From Moniliella sp. 'wahieum' (lineage: Eukaryota), in assembly GCA_003971905.1 (NCBI GenBank), contig RSEE01000052.1, positions 186,001 through 250,000 on the forward strand: a stretch of 64,000 nucleotides of DNA, given 5' to 3'. The translations under genes were made by a program, and so were the position numbers. This document shows, piece after piece, positions 12,567-24,045 of this stretch (within the stretch, counting starts at the first letter, position 1; each line of letters begins with the position of its first letter). The notes under the pieces were generated by a model that saw nothing but the letters and a program-made list of their open reading frames with translations, made no database searches and had not been told where the DNA came from.

Positions 12567-13709
12567 GAGTAGAGTCTCGGATTGGGGTGTAAACAAGGTG
12601 CGTCTTACTTGGCCAGCGAGCAGTCGGACCTGATCAGGCCAGATACAGCTACTCAGATCAGTCAAGGATGGGATCTCCTATCATCGATCCCGCGCTTCGG
12701 GTAGCGGCCAGCGGCGTAGCCCAAGAACAACAGGATGCTGCCAAGGGGCGGGCGAATTGGGCTCGCTTGAATGGGAGGCGCAGTAACGAAGTAGTTCAGC
12801 GCTGACTGGTCTTCATTGTCGCGGCGAGGGCGTGTCCAGGCGCGCACTCGAGCCTCGCGTTGATCCAACTCTCCACAACAAAGCAGCCAATTGCGGGCAG
12901 AAATTATGCCAGGCCGTTCCAGCCATTCCGCTGCAGCCGCCCGCCTGTCCGCCCTGCCCCCACCAACATCCCAGCGATGGCGCTCGCCTGGCACCTGGCC
13001 CACCTGCCTTGTCCCCCACCGGCAGCCCTCCGCACCGACGAGCCAGACAGCGCAGGCGCCACCTCCCACCCCCGGCCGCGCCTCCACCCCTCTCCCTCCA
13101 AGCAGAGGAAGACGAGGATCCGTATGCGCACTGCAGGCTGGCGAAACAGAGGCAGCTTGGCAAGCTCGGTTGGGGTTTCGCTTTTTGACTCCCGGGGCAG
13201 TTCAGTTGTTTGATGCGTCGCGGCAGTTCAAACGGGAACGAGATCGTTCGCGTTCAGGCTCGCGTTCTCCCCTCGTCTTCTCCCCCCCATGCAGCTCGCA
13301 ATGCTTCCGCCACTCCGCCACCTACCCTCCCAATCCGCCGACGATCTTCAGAACAGAAGACAAGGAAGACGCGGCGCGTAATGCTGCCGCCCCTGGGCTG
13401 CCAAGGGGATGGCGCCAAGGGAAAGGAACACGTGCGCGAAACGTGCGCGTCTCGAAGCGCGAAGGGCCCAAGACTGCAGTTGGCCCAGGCCAGTTCTGTG
13501 CGTCCCCCTGCTGCCTGTCGCAAGCTGTGACACCCGCCGAGTGCCTGCCTCTCGTACTACAGTTGCGGCACCTTCGGGCGAACTAGAATCGCTCCGGGCG
13601 CGGGCGCTCGCTTCGCTGCATTCGCGCTAGTGGATGCATACCGTTTGACTCATCTACCACTTGGCGCCGAGGAGAGTGGGCGTACACGAGTGATACAGGG
13701 TATGGAATT

Positions 13710-15012
13710 TCACAGTCCGTTGGGTCCTAATGTGAGAGAGCTACGCAGGTTCGTCAGGCAGCGTGGCTGTCGTGCTGGGGGTGGATGTCCGACAATGTAG
13801 GCCACGATATCGGAGAGGGTAAGGATACCAGCGAGCCTGCCGTGGCCCTTGGGGATGGTGGGCTGAGCACCCTCGGCTAAGGTTTGGTCCAGTTGAGCGG
13901 GAGTGAGTTTGCGCACTGGTGCGGCCTCGACGAGGATCAGACGATGTACTCGCCTCCGCTTGAGAAGGGCAAACACATTCGCTAATGGTTCCTCTACAGA
14001 TGCGACCCAGGCGCCGCGGACGCTTGGGCCTCGTTGGCTCCGGCCTGAGTCGGGTGGGATGGAGGTGCACGACGCGCGATGGCTCGCGCACAGTGAGGTC
14101 AATGTCGTGTAAAGTCCGGTTCGGAGCAGTTCCACCGCATCCACTGCATCGTACAGATCCACCACATCCCCTGCTCATCCACCACTGGCACACCCCCGAT
14201 CCCGCCGAGGAAAAGAGCCCGATTAGCTCATGCACCCGCATGTCCGCCGGGCTACCGCCAGGTCACCCCATCCGGGCGCTGGGTTGCCGATGGGGAAGTG
14301 GATTGGGGGGAGACAAAAGTGCCAATGCCCAGGTCACGGATTGAGCGGTGGAGGCCGCTCGTGTCGCAGTTGATAGCAATGAACTTGAGCACTCGGTACT
14401 GGGTTAGAACCGAGATGACTGCCTCTGCGTGGGACTGGGTATCGTGGTCGATCAGAGGCACGCGGCGGGCATGAGACCGCATCAATTCCTCGCACGCACT
14501 GAGGAGAGACTGCAATGGGTGGATCGCCAAGCTCGCCGGTGGTGGCACACAATGCCCGCTCAATCGTCCGCAGCTCTGCAAGCGTCACGTGGTCCACCTG
14601 CTCTGCTGCACGCGCGGCGGCGTCGGGATCGTCTGGGTGGTCGGCGGCGCAGGACGTAAACTGGATGAGATGGGTCACGTCGCTGACGGTCAGCATGCCG
14701 GCAAACCGGTTGGCTGCCGCGTTCCACAGCGCGCACTGACCACCCCGGCTTGGGCCATCACGTCGAGCGCGGCGCGCACAGCCAGCCGGGTGTCCAGCAT
14801 CACCACCCTGAAACTGACGGGGAGCACATCGTAGCAGCTGCGGCCCTGAAGGAAGGTGCGGATGCGGGCGACAGCCAGGTCTGCTGGTTCATCGCTGTGA
14901 GCGATGGTGGTGAACAGCGGGGAGTAGTGGATGGACGAGCGAGACCAGGTCCTGCTGACGATGGCGGCAAGAGCACAGAAACGGGGTTCTTTGAACATTT
15001 CGAAGATGGCAT
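13710..15012 (-). CDS. SNF4: AMPK/Snf1 gamma subunit (CBS domains), frameshifted
   Basis: IRTFLQGRSCYDVLPVSFRVVMLDT, MLTVSD, SHARRVPLIDHD, ISVLTQYRVLKFIAINC, RRVHRLILVE, GILTLSDI. Start uncertain. Confidence 0.9.
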
Positions 15013-15183
15013 CTGACGTGGCCAGCCGGCTGCTCTGCCGGAACGGCCTCGGGCACCCTTCAGCGGTTCAACGTTCAGGGCCCCGCGTGGGGCATCGCCA
15101 GCGTCCAGCCTCGGCCATCACCACAGTCCAGCCTCGGCCACCCCACAGCTCCAGCCACCGCCACAGTCACGACTGCGCCTCCC

Positions 15184-15994
15184 ATGGAGTTGGTTGCCAC
15201 CTCCTACGTCCCGCCGCAGGCGGCTACCAGCCTGCCACCGCGCGCCAGGGCATCGTCTCCCGCTTTCCCAGCGCCGCTCGACCTCGTCGCAGGTCGGCCT
15301 GCAAGCGGCTGTTGGAGCACCCGTAGGCGTTTCAGCTGGCCTGGGCCATGCCACCGTCCCAGCCGCTGGTCCAGACCGCCTCGACCGTCCTCGGGATCGA
15401 ACTCGTCATGGCGAAGTGAGTCTCGCATCGCGTCCTTCTTGTTTCAGAGATGGTGTCGACGTACCAGGCGCGCGTCAGTGGCGTGGCCCAGCTCGAGCGC
15501 CGCTTGAGCCTGATTGGGTACAGCATCGGCCAACGTCTTTTGCTCCTCACCACCCACAGGCTTGAGATGGCCAACAACCCCAAGCTGCCCAAGCGGGAGA
15601 CACGCCTGGTGCTGCCCTCCTCTTTGTCCACACTCACATTTACCGCCAAGCCTTCGGGCGGCCCGCCGACTCCCTGGAACGCTCCAGAGCGCGATGATGA
15701 GTGTACGACCATCCCTCGTCGTTGCTCCCCTTGTACCTAACCCACTTTTTTGACCCAGACATGATCTCGATGAACGAACCCATCTTGCTCGACGCATCTC
15801 CATCCCAAGGACCTCTCCTCTCTCTCGATTGAGGCGGTTACTGCCGGCATCGTCGAAGCGCGCCCTGGACGGACTCGGATTCGCAGCTCGCGTCACTGCC
15901 CACTCGGTCCCCACCCCTGACTTTCCTCAGAGAACCACGATCTGATCAAGGTCGACCCAAGTGTGATGCGGCGTGAGAAGCGTTGGGCTCGTAA
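15184..15994 (+). CDS. TRS31: TRAPP complex subunit Trs31/TRAPPC5, frameshifted, one intron
   Basis: EVSLAS.FLF.EMV, LERRLSLIGYSIGQR, KRETRL, FGRPADSLERS, GF.ARVTAH, PQRTT.LIK. Confidence 0.88.
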
Positions 15995-16464
15995 CGCAGT
16001 ACCTACCCATCTTCTCTTCTTGACTGATAGTCCCTTCTGGAGCAATCTGATCCCCAAACAATATGACAGGCCACTTCTAAAACAATCTAGTTCTGCCTGC
16101 CAACCTCTCCTTCCAATCTACATGGCCCGCTGTACATACGACCCTCGTAGTACCCACACTGGTTATGCCAGATGACCTTCAGCGTACGAGTTTCAACAAC
16201 CATGTACTTTGCGCCTACAAGCATTCACCACAAAGGCTGCGCCTGCGATGCTGTGGACCATGTTGCTGAACACGGATTCTACGAGCCACAAAGAAATGGT
16301 CTTGCTGCTGGATAGGATCGAAAATCTACCAAATTGCGTAGCATCCCCCTCTTCAGCTAGATGCGCCTATAGCATCACATCCGGATGTAGCTACAGTCGG
16401 TAAGTTACTCTTCATACATGTACTGCACACAACAGCAGGGAAGGTAGAGGCAGCCAATGGTTGA

Positions 16465-17139
16465 TCAATTCTTCCCGGCGGGGCAAGGATTTGGACCAAA
16501 GCACGCTCCAGCACAAAACGGGTATAATCTGGTCGCACCTCACTCCATCGTTGACGGCGCCAGGCTCGGCACGTCGATGAGAGTACACCTCCCAGAGAAG
16601 CCTTGCGTGCTGTCCAGGCGTCAGTATCCCTTAATCTTGTACGCACGCATACAGGAAGGAAACGAACCGATCCGCTGTGCCATGTCCCGCGCTAACCTAG
16701 GCCCACCACCATGCAACACCTCGCTCCCCACAGACCCCAGAGCAAGCGCCATGTCGGTACCCAGCGCACCTCTGGGCTGAAGGAGGCGCCACAGTCCCGC
16801 ATCGCTGTCCGGCTTAGCACTCGCATCGCCCTCCCCAGCGGGGGATGGGCACACCCAATGTGCGATGCATCGTGGGCGTGTCCCTTCCTGCCGCGCGAAG
16901 TGCCTCTTGCAACTCATTCTCCAACTCTTGGTCCACTGCGGACGTCGCATCTTTCACTGCGGAGGCAGCGGGTGGCGGTGCAAACGCCTCCTGAGCACTT
17001 GGCTTGCTGGCCCCACCCAGACCCAGGCTGCGTTCGCCATGCGGGTAACCTGGACACTAAGCAGGGTGGTGCGGTCGTGCGTAAGTGGAGTGGCTGGCAC
17101 ACGCACCGCATGCTGCGATGTGCTGAACAGCTCGGACAT
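16465..17139 (-). CDS. Proteasome assembly chaperone 4 (PAC4/Poc4)-like
   Basis: SVQVTRMANAAWVWVG ... DMALAL ... LARDMAQRI|ARK ... LERALVQIL follows my recollection of the PAC4 motif order; GTTCGT..CTGAC..CAG intron after MAQRI. Confidence 0.55.
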
Positions 17140-17361
17140 GGTTGGTGTGGGAAGGTGACTGAGGAGAGGCGCCCGGAAACGGCCAAGTGGGTGCAGGCCT
17201 CTTCTGGTGCTGCTGCCAAAGCTTGTGGTGATTCGAATCACTCGCTGTCATCACCTGCATCACCGCTTGGATCATCGGATCGATCTAATTGCTCTTCTCT
17301 TTTTCCTTTTCTTCTTCATTTTCCACTGCTCTTTCGCCAGCACCACACCAGCAACCCAGCG

Positions 17362-18710
17362 ATGCCCACCGCTGGATCAACTTCCCTACGCCACTGCGCC
17401 CGGCAGCGACGCGCCTGCTACCTACGAAAACTACACACACACTGTTGTGCTCAAGGCTGCACGTTCCGTGCTGCTCCCCCAAGGGTGGGAAGTGGTCGAT
17501 GGCCACTCTGGCTCGGCCGAGGAGGAGTACGAAGCCTATGTGGGGGACTACGACTGGATCCCATTTGAGCGTCTATTGCGTTCAAAAGCAAGCTGTAGCA
17601 GCTATGTCATCCGCAAGGCGCTCATTCGCAAACACCATCTTGCCCATGCCTACGACTCGATGCCGCCAGCGCTCGGAGCGCTCTGACTTAATCCGCAAAG
17701 CCACCCCACGGACATGGGACTTCGAACTGCATTTGCCGACGAGCTGGACGAGTTGTTAATGGACGACCTGTATGACCTCAACGACGACCTAGAGAGTGGA
17801 TCATGGTTATTCTCAAACCAGGCATGGCTGATCGAGGTCGCGGGATTCGGTTGTTCAACTCGTTGTCAACTCTGCGTGCCATTTTCGACCAGTACGAGGA
17901 AGAGGATCTGGCCGAGGAGGAGGAGGAGGAGGACGGGGAGGAAGAGGCCAGGGAAGGAGATGAGGAGGGCGGGATGTTGGGTCAACTGAGGCACTTTGTT
18001 ATCCAAGTATGTTCATTTTACGCGTGTGAGAGTGCAAGACTGACGCAATGCAGGACTACCTAGCCAACCCGTTACTCTTCTGTCCCCGCTCGATGCCAGT
18101 GCAGGCGGCGCAAGTTCCATCTTCGTGCGTATGTGTGCTGTGTGTGGGCGCCTTTCAAGTCTACCTATGGGACGAAATGCTGGCCCTGTTTGCACCGGTA
18201 CCCTACGCCCCACCGGATGAGCATGCCAGCCTCGATGCTCACCTGACCAACACCTGTCGTCAAGAGGAGCGTCACATCAATCAGGGTCGGCCCAAGGAAG
18301 AAAATGTGCATCTCTGGTCCGACCTGGCTGGGACGGCGACCCGACTGGCCTCTGACCGAGGAGGCTATCGAGCTCGTCCGCACCCGCGCTGTGAGACGAT
18401 CGGGCTGGTGTTTGCGGCCGCTGCAAGGGGTGGTAGCGTACACCTCCAGCTTGGCCGAAGCGTGGGAAATCTTCGGGGTGGATCTACTGGTGGATGATCA
18501 GCTGCACGTCCAGTTGCTCGAGGTCAATGCCAAACCCGACTTTGCCCAGACGGGCCAGCGCTGGTTGGGACGATTGAGGGGCTGTTCGAGCGGGCGTTGC
18601 AGATTGCCCTTCTGGACCAAAGGGCCGCTTGGGTGGGAAGGAATGGCCGTGGGCGAGAGCAGGGGGGCATGCGGCTCTGCTTGAACGAGCAACTCACGGC
18701 GGAGCACTAG
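17362..18710 (+). CDS. Tubulin-tyrosine ligase family (Pby1-like ATP-grasp), frameshifted
   Basis: SSYVIRKALIRKH, ADELDE, ILKPGMADRGRGIRLFNS, QLRHFVIQ, RKFHLRAYV, AHLTNTC, EIFGVDLLVD, LLEVNAKPDFAQTG. Confidence 0.9.
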
Positions 18711-18968
18711 ACACTAAAAGCATACTAGGCCTGACCTTCACCCTGGGAGCTATCGCACGTCGATGATGGGCGTGAATTGTCGATCGAATATATGCAGAGG
18801 CAGATGGTTGCTGGGCCAGCGGGCGACGGGTACTGATGAAGGATCGATGATCTCGATGATCGGATATTGCACGTGGTGTTGTGTACTGCTGAATGTGAAC
18901 ATTAATTAATGTCGATCACGCGTAGCTGCTCGGCTTGACTTTCTTTCCTACCCCACCATCCTCATTCT

Positions 18969-20353
18969 ATGCCACCACAACCACCCACCCGCGCCGGCAC
19001 GACCCCAACGTCTTCCACCCCAACGCGCCCCTCCAGGTGTGCCGCTCCATTCGACGCCCTTCCGACGTCGGCGGGCGACGACGCGGCGCGTAGTACGCGT
19101 ACGCGAACTCGGCCTCCTCTCTACCTGACTCAGATTCCGAAGTGGACGCGTCGCCATTGCTTCGCGTCCGCACCGACCCCCATTCCGGCTCCTATGCATC
19201 ACCCATACCGCAGCGGCTTGGCAGGACGCGCACTGCACATGAGTTGGCGTCGAGTCCATCCACCATCACCTGCGCGTCGACGCTGGGAGCGCATCTGTTT
19301 GGACCCTCGTTCTGTTGGGGCTGGGCCTATATTGGCTCTTGCCGCGCTCCAAGCCTTCATACCGCTGCCCAAGGAACTCTACTGGAGTTGAAGAAATCAA
19401 TATGCCGCGAGGACAGCCTACCACTCAGCTCCCCACCTCTCTGCCCTTGGATGAACATGTCTACGATGACGGTGAACTGCTGGGCATATCCTCAGAAGAG
19501 CAGATCCCCATCTCACCGGCGTTTGAGAACCCAGCAGCCGACCTTACTCTGCAAGACGATGCATTGGTCCCGCAGTTGAGCCCCCTAGTCCTGGGGAACT
19601 ACCTTTGCAGGAACCCCAGCCTCCTACTCCGCCCGACCCGCTTCCTACCTGGTCCGAGGTGTTCGCAACCCTCGACCCCGATTCCCCTTCTTTGACCAAA
19701 GAGGCGATGGAGCACCTCCGCACCACCCTTCCAAGCGATACATACCAACTCACCTCTTATCTGGAACCGATCCTACTCCGCCTGCTGCAGGCCGAGCCTG
19801 GTGCTTGGTCCTGGATCGCGGAAACATACCTCGCGCAGGGCGGGACAGACCTGCCTACTCTGCTTACCCGCGTTCGTGCCCAGCTGCGCTCCGACCTATC
19901 CTCCATCCCACCACGTGTGCTCCATGGCACCCGTATCGCCCAACTTTTTGCCCTGCTACCACCAAGGCGAGAGCGCGACTTTGCTCACTCCATCGTCGGG
20001 AGCATGACATCCCCCTCGCAACCTCCGGGCGTGGACCCGGCCTTTCTCCTTCAAGCGGAGGGGGTCTATCCCCTCCCTGACCAGGGCAGGGTGGGCGTTG
20101 TGCTCTCTGACGCGATTCGTGTGAGAGGGATCACGTTGAGCCTTGCTGGGTGGTGCGAGTGGTACGTCGATCTTTTGTTAGAGGGGCAGTTTGTGCCTGT
20201 CGCCCATGGCCATCATCACACCCAAGAGCCAAGGACCATATTCCTACCCGTGCCCGAGATGGATCCCACACGACTCCTCCGCCTTCGCCTTCCTTCCCCC
20301 AGTGGTTATTGGTGGAGCGAATCCGGGTCCATGGCGACAAGGCGGAAGTCTGA
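18969..20353 (+). CDS. Putative divergent SUN-domain (Sad1/UNC-84-like) type II membrane protein
   Basis: Basic/Pro-rich N-terminus, hydrophobic segment ~19290-19345 (TLVLLGLGLYWLL across a frameshift). C-terminal RDFA..IVGSMTSPS, GRVGVVLSDAIRVRGITL and terminal ERIRVHG resemble SUN motifs. Confidence 0.55.
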
Positions 20354-20644
20354 GTAACGAAAGATGAAATACCAAAACTATTGGCGAGATAATCGATTAA
20401 CGTCCCAGCGGCGGGAAGTATAGCGTGCCACTATGGGGCATGCCCTATGGTTGTGAACCTCCTTCTATCATCACGGACATATTCGAATGAGAGACACGTG
20501 GACGTGACAGAGGGACTTCGTAAATAGACAAGATTCGATAGAGAACCCCTTGCGAAAGACGTTGCTTGTGGACTTGACAGCCACATACAACGAGGAGTGG
20601 GTGGGACCCGGTGTGCCTCTCACCCTTTTGAGGGTGTAGCTTTT

Positions 20645-22654
20645 TTAGAACCAAATCCAACTAATGATGCGAATCAAGCCCTTGGGTGGAACTTCTTTGG
20701 TTCCGGGTTTTGCCGATACTGTGAGCCAGGGTTGGATTGGCACGTCCTCAAGAGGAATCCAAAACGGTGTGCCACTGTAGAACTTAAACCCGAGGAGAAG
20801 GGAGATGTTGATGATGGGGGCACAGTAGGCTGAGATGAACGTTTGAGGTTCCTGGTTGCCCGGGATAAAGAACTCAAAGCCGCCAGTGAAAAGGCAGAAG
20901 AAAGAGCCCACCAGGCCAATCCAGCCGAGATAGGGCTGGCCCCACGCTTGCCAAGGCAAGGCAGAGCGTGGGATACCCTGGACCCGCATAGCATAGTATA
21001 CCCGCAAAAAGATAAGGCAGGTGACAAACCACTGATACAGAGCCAGAGAAGAAGTGATGCTTTGGAAGTAACCAAACACTTGTTCGCGCTGGAGCTGACC
21101 ACCGTATACCCCAACGGCCAGCCGCGGTTACGACAAGGATAGCAATGTACGGCACGCCCCAGCGATGGGTCTTGAGGAATGCTTTGGGGGCAAAACCCAT
21201 GTTGGCCAAAGCCATGGCGGACCGAGAGCCTGATAGAACGCCAGAGGCTGCAGAACTGTATGCCGAGGTGAGCGTGATGGCATTAATGATGCTCGGCAAG
21301 ACGCGAACGCCAGCATTAGAAGCGGCGACGACAAAGGGCGATGCAGATGCAGTTCCAGACGAGCTGACCAATCGTTCGTCGTTGGACGGGACGATGAGCC
21401 CGACACAGAAAACCAGCAAAATGTAAATCAACCCGACACGGACAAAGACGCGCTTGGCTGCCCGCGGCAGCGCCTGACGCGGATTGCGCGTCTCGGCCGC
21501 AGCGGCGCAGATCGTCTCGATTCCCTGGTAGCTGTAGGCAGCGTTCGTTAGCGTGTACCACAGGCCATACCATCGCCCAGCCGCGCCTTTAGCAAGATAG
21601 GAGACCATTGGTCCGGGATTTCGCCAGTACTGAAAGCCCGTCATATGGCCGTGCGGTCCTGCACCAAGGTCGATGCAGATGCAGAAAATCACAAGGCCGA
21701 TGGCAGTGGTGAGCTTGATGATGGAAAACGCGTATTCCGTCTCGCTAAAAATACGAGTAAACGCGAGATTCGTGACGAGTAGGACCACACCAAAGATGGT
21801 AATGAACACCGCGGGGGAGATGCTCTCTGTCCAGAATTGGATCAGAATTGCGGCACCGCTGAACTCGCCGGGAATAGAGACGATCTGGCTGTAAACCATG
21901 GACCAGCCACTTGCAAAGGCCAACGACTTGGAAACAAACATGCCACTGTGACGGACATAGTACCCACTCACGGGGGCGAGTGTGGCAAGCTAAATGGGGA
22001 AAATAGATGTTAGTTTTGTTTGTATGTTTGCTGAATATTAGCCCCAACAGCATCACCTAGATCAGGAGCAACACGTACTTCCGCTTGGCAAAAAAGCATC
22101 GCGCAGGCAAAGACGCCAACGACCAAGTATCCAAGGAAAAGCGACAAGGGACCAGCATGTGCCAAGGCTTTGCCCACTCCGAGAAAGACACCCGTACCAA
22201 TAGAACCTGCGAGTCACGAGAAAAAGTAGGTCAATTATAAAGGTAATACCTCCCTCTTCTCCTTGTTTAGAATGTAAACATACCCGCCAGCGAGATCATT
22301 GCCAGTTGTCGAGAAGTGAATGCCTCTCGTACCTCATCTTGATCAAAGAGTTCCTTGGCCACTTGAGGATCGATATTGGAGAGATCGCCATACGACTTGA
22401 CCTTCCCAGCAAACTGGTCCAACTTGCCTTGTTTGACATTCACCGTCTCTCCGCCCGTGATCTTCTCTGAGGGGGTCCGTGTCTTTGCCATCAACCTTTT
22501 TTTCGTCGATGGAATCAAGAGGAAGGGATGGGTTGTGAGGATGATAAAAAGTGTCCGGCACGAACTCGTCGTGGGAGGGCAAAGAAGGCCTGGTAGACGT
22601 GGGAGTGACAGAGGACGGAGCGGATGCGCGATCTCGACGGAAGAATCTTGACAT
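20645..22654 (-). CDS. Amino-acid permease (APC/YAT family)
   Basis: SRQLAMISLAG|SIGTG, FSETEYAFSIIK, GFQYWRNPGP, AAAETRNPR, SASPFVVA, LPSIINA, GVPY, QPYLGW; at least two introns near the 5' end. Confidence 0.93.
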
Positions 22655-24045
22655 GGTGTAGTGGTGGGGAATTTTGGAGAAGGGAAAATGATGTGGCAAA
22701 ACGGTGTCCAACGGGCGAAGAAGAGGTGCGGGTCTTAATAAGGATGCCATAAACAGCCCAACGCTGACGCGCACACATTCCGAGTTTGATGAACATCATA
22801 ACAGCAAACAATGCAATAAAGGAGTAGAGGAGCACGCACTCCGCTAGCTGCTGCTACGCACCCTGGCTACGTCGGCGCAATGTTCCTGACAGTGTGGTGC
22901 TCCTGTTGGGTCCTGAGCCTCGGACCTCAGGGTTTCAGACCGGTCCCACTAGTAGGAGATCAGAGTCCCCGTACCCCTGTGCCCCGCAGCACCACTGCCT
23001 CTTCAGTGGGGACGAGGAATTCAAGCTTGGCACTGCGCGGCAGCATAGAGGAGAAGTGCTCAGACTGGGACTTTGGCGGTCAGGACGGCCAAATAGTTGG
23101 CGCGGGGGCGCACACACTCGCTCGGCCTTTTGCGAATGCAAAGGGGGCTTTTCCTGTTGCACGTGGGTTAGCACATGAGTGTGGGCAGTGCTTCGGCACA
23201 TCAGCGCATCAATCATCAGCGGATCAGCCGAGCTGAAGCTTGAAGGCCGAGTGCAGAGCACGCCATGGGTCCAGGGCTTGCGGGGGGGGGGGGCGGACGC
23301 TCGCGGTGCGCGGGCGAGAAGACGAGCCCAGTGGAAAGAGGAAGCTGTCTGGGGGGCTGTGGCTGCGGTTGCTGCTGGGGCGGCGGGCGGAGCGAAGGGA
23401 CGGCGGCAGTTTATTACCGTTACGCTTTAATTAGCGTTCAAGTTGAACTTGAACGTACTGAACACACCGTTGATCTCCTGCTGCGATAGGGTGGCGTGCG
23501 CGTGCCCCGAACTGCCGTCATCGACTCGGCTGTTTGACATTGTAAGAGGCAACCCTGGCATCCAAGCCAGCAGCCACTTCTCGTACTTTTTACCGCCACA
23601 CCGCACCACGCACACCAACGCAGGCGAGCCTGCAACCCCCCCCCACCCCCCCCACCACCCCCCCCCAACTCTCCTCCTTTTTCAGCCCTGGCCCCCCACT
23701 CGTCAACGACGTCAGTTTTGTTGGCCACATCTTGCCCGTTCTTCTATGCGCTTGGACGCACACATTGTTGCCTCCGATGTGCCAGCCGCCATGGCTCAAC
23801 GACCATACCTTCTGGTACCCCTTCCTACATCTCTTCTACCACAGAAGCGTCAGGTAGCACAACCCTCTACCATGCCTCAAGGAGTGGGTTGATAAGTATA
23901 CCATAGGTCTATGATGGGCCAGGCGGCCAAGTTGCGGTGTAGTGTACAGGTGGAATAATAGGTGGGATGGATGGATGAGATCGATGAGCGGGCAGCCAGG
24001 GGATGTACTGCTTGTAGGGGGGCTCGCAGGGAGCGGCGGATGGAG

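Noticed and set aside
22960..23155. RNase MRP/P-like motifs (AGAGTCCCC ... GGGGGCTT)
   Set aside because: Only partial matches to the conserved regions and no supporting helices found; it lies in the permease upstream region.
23636..23666. C-rich tract with G-quadruplex potential on the minus strand
   Set aside because: Common in GC-rich fungal intergenic DNA, and homopolymer lengths are unreliable in this assembly.
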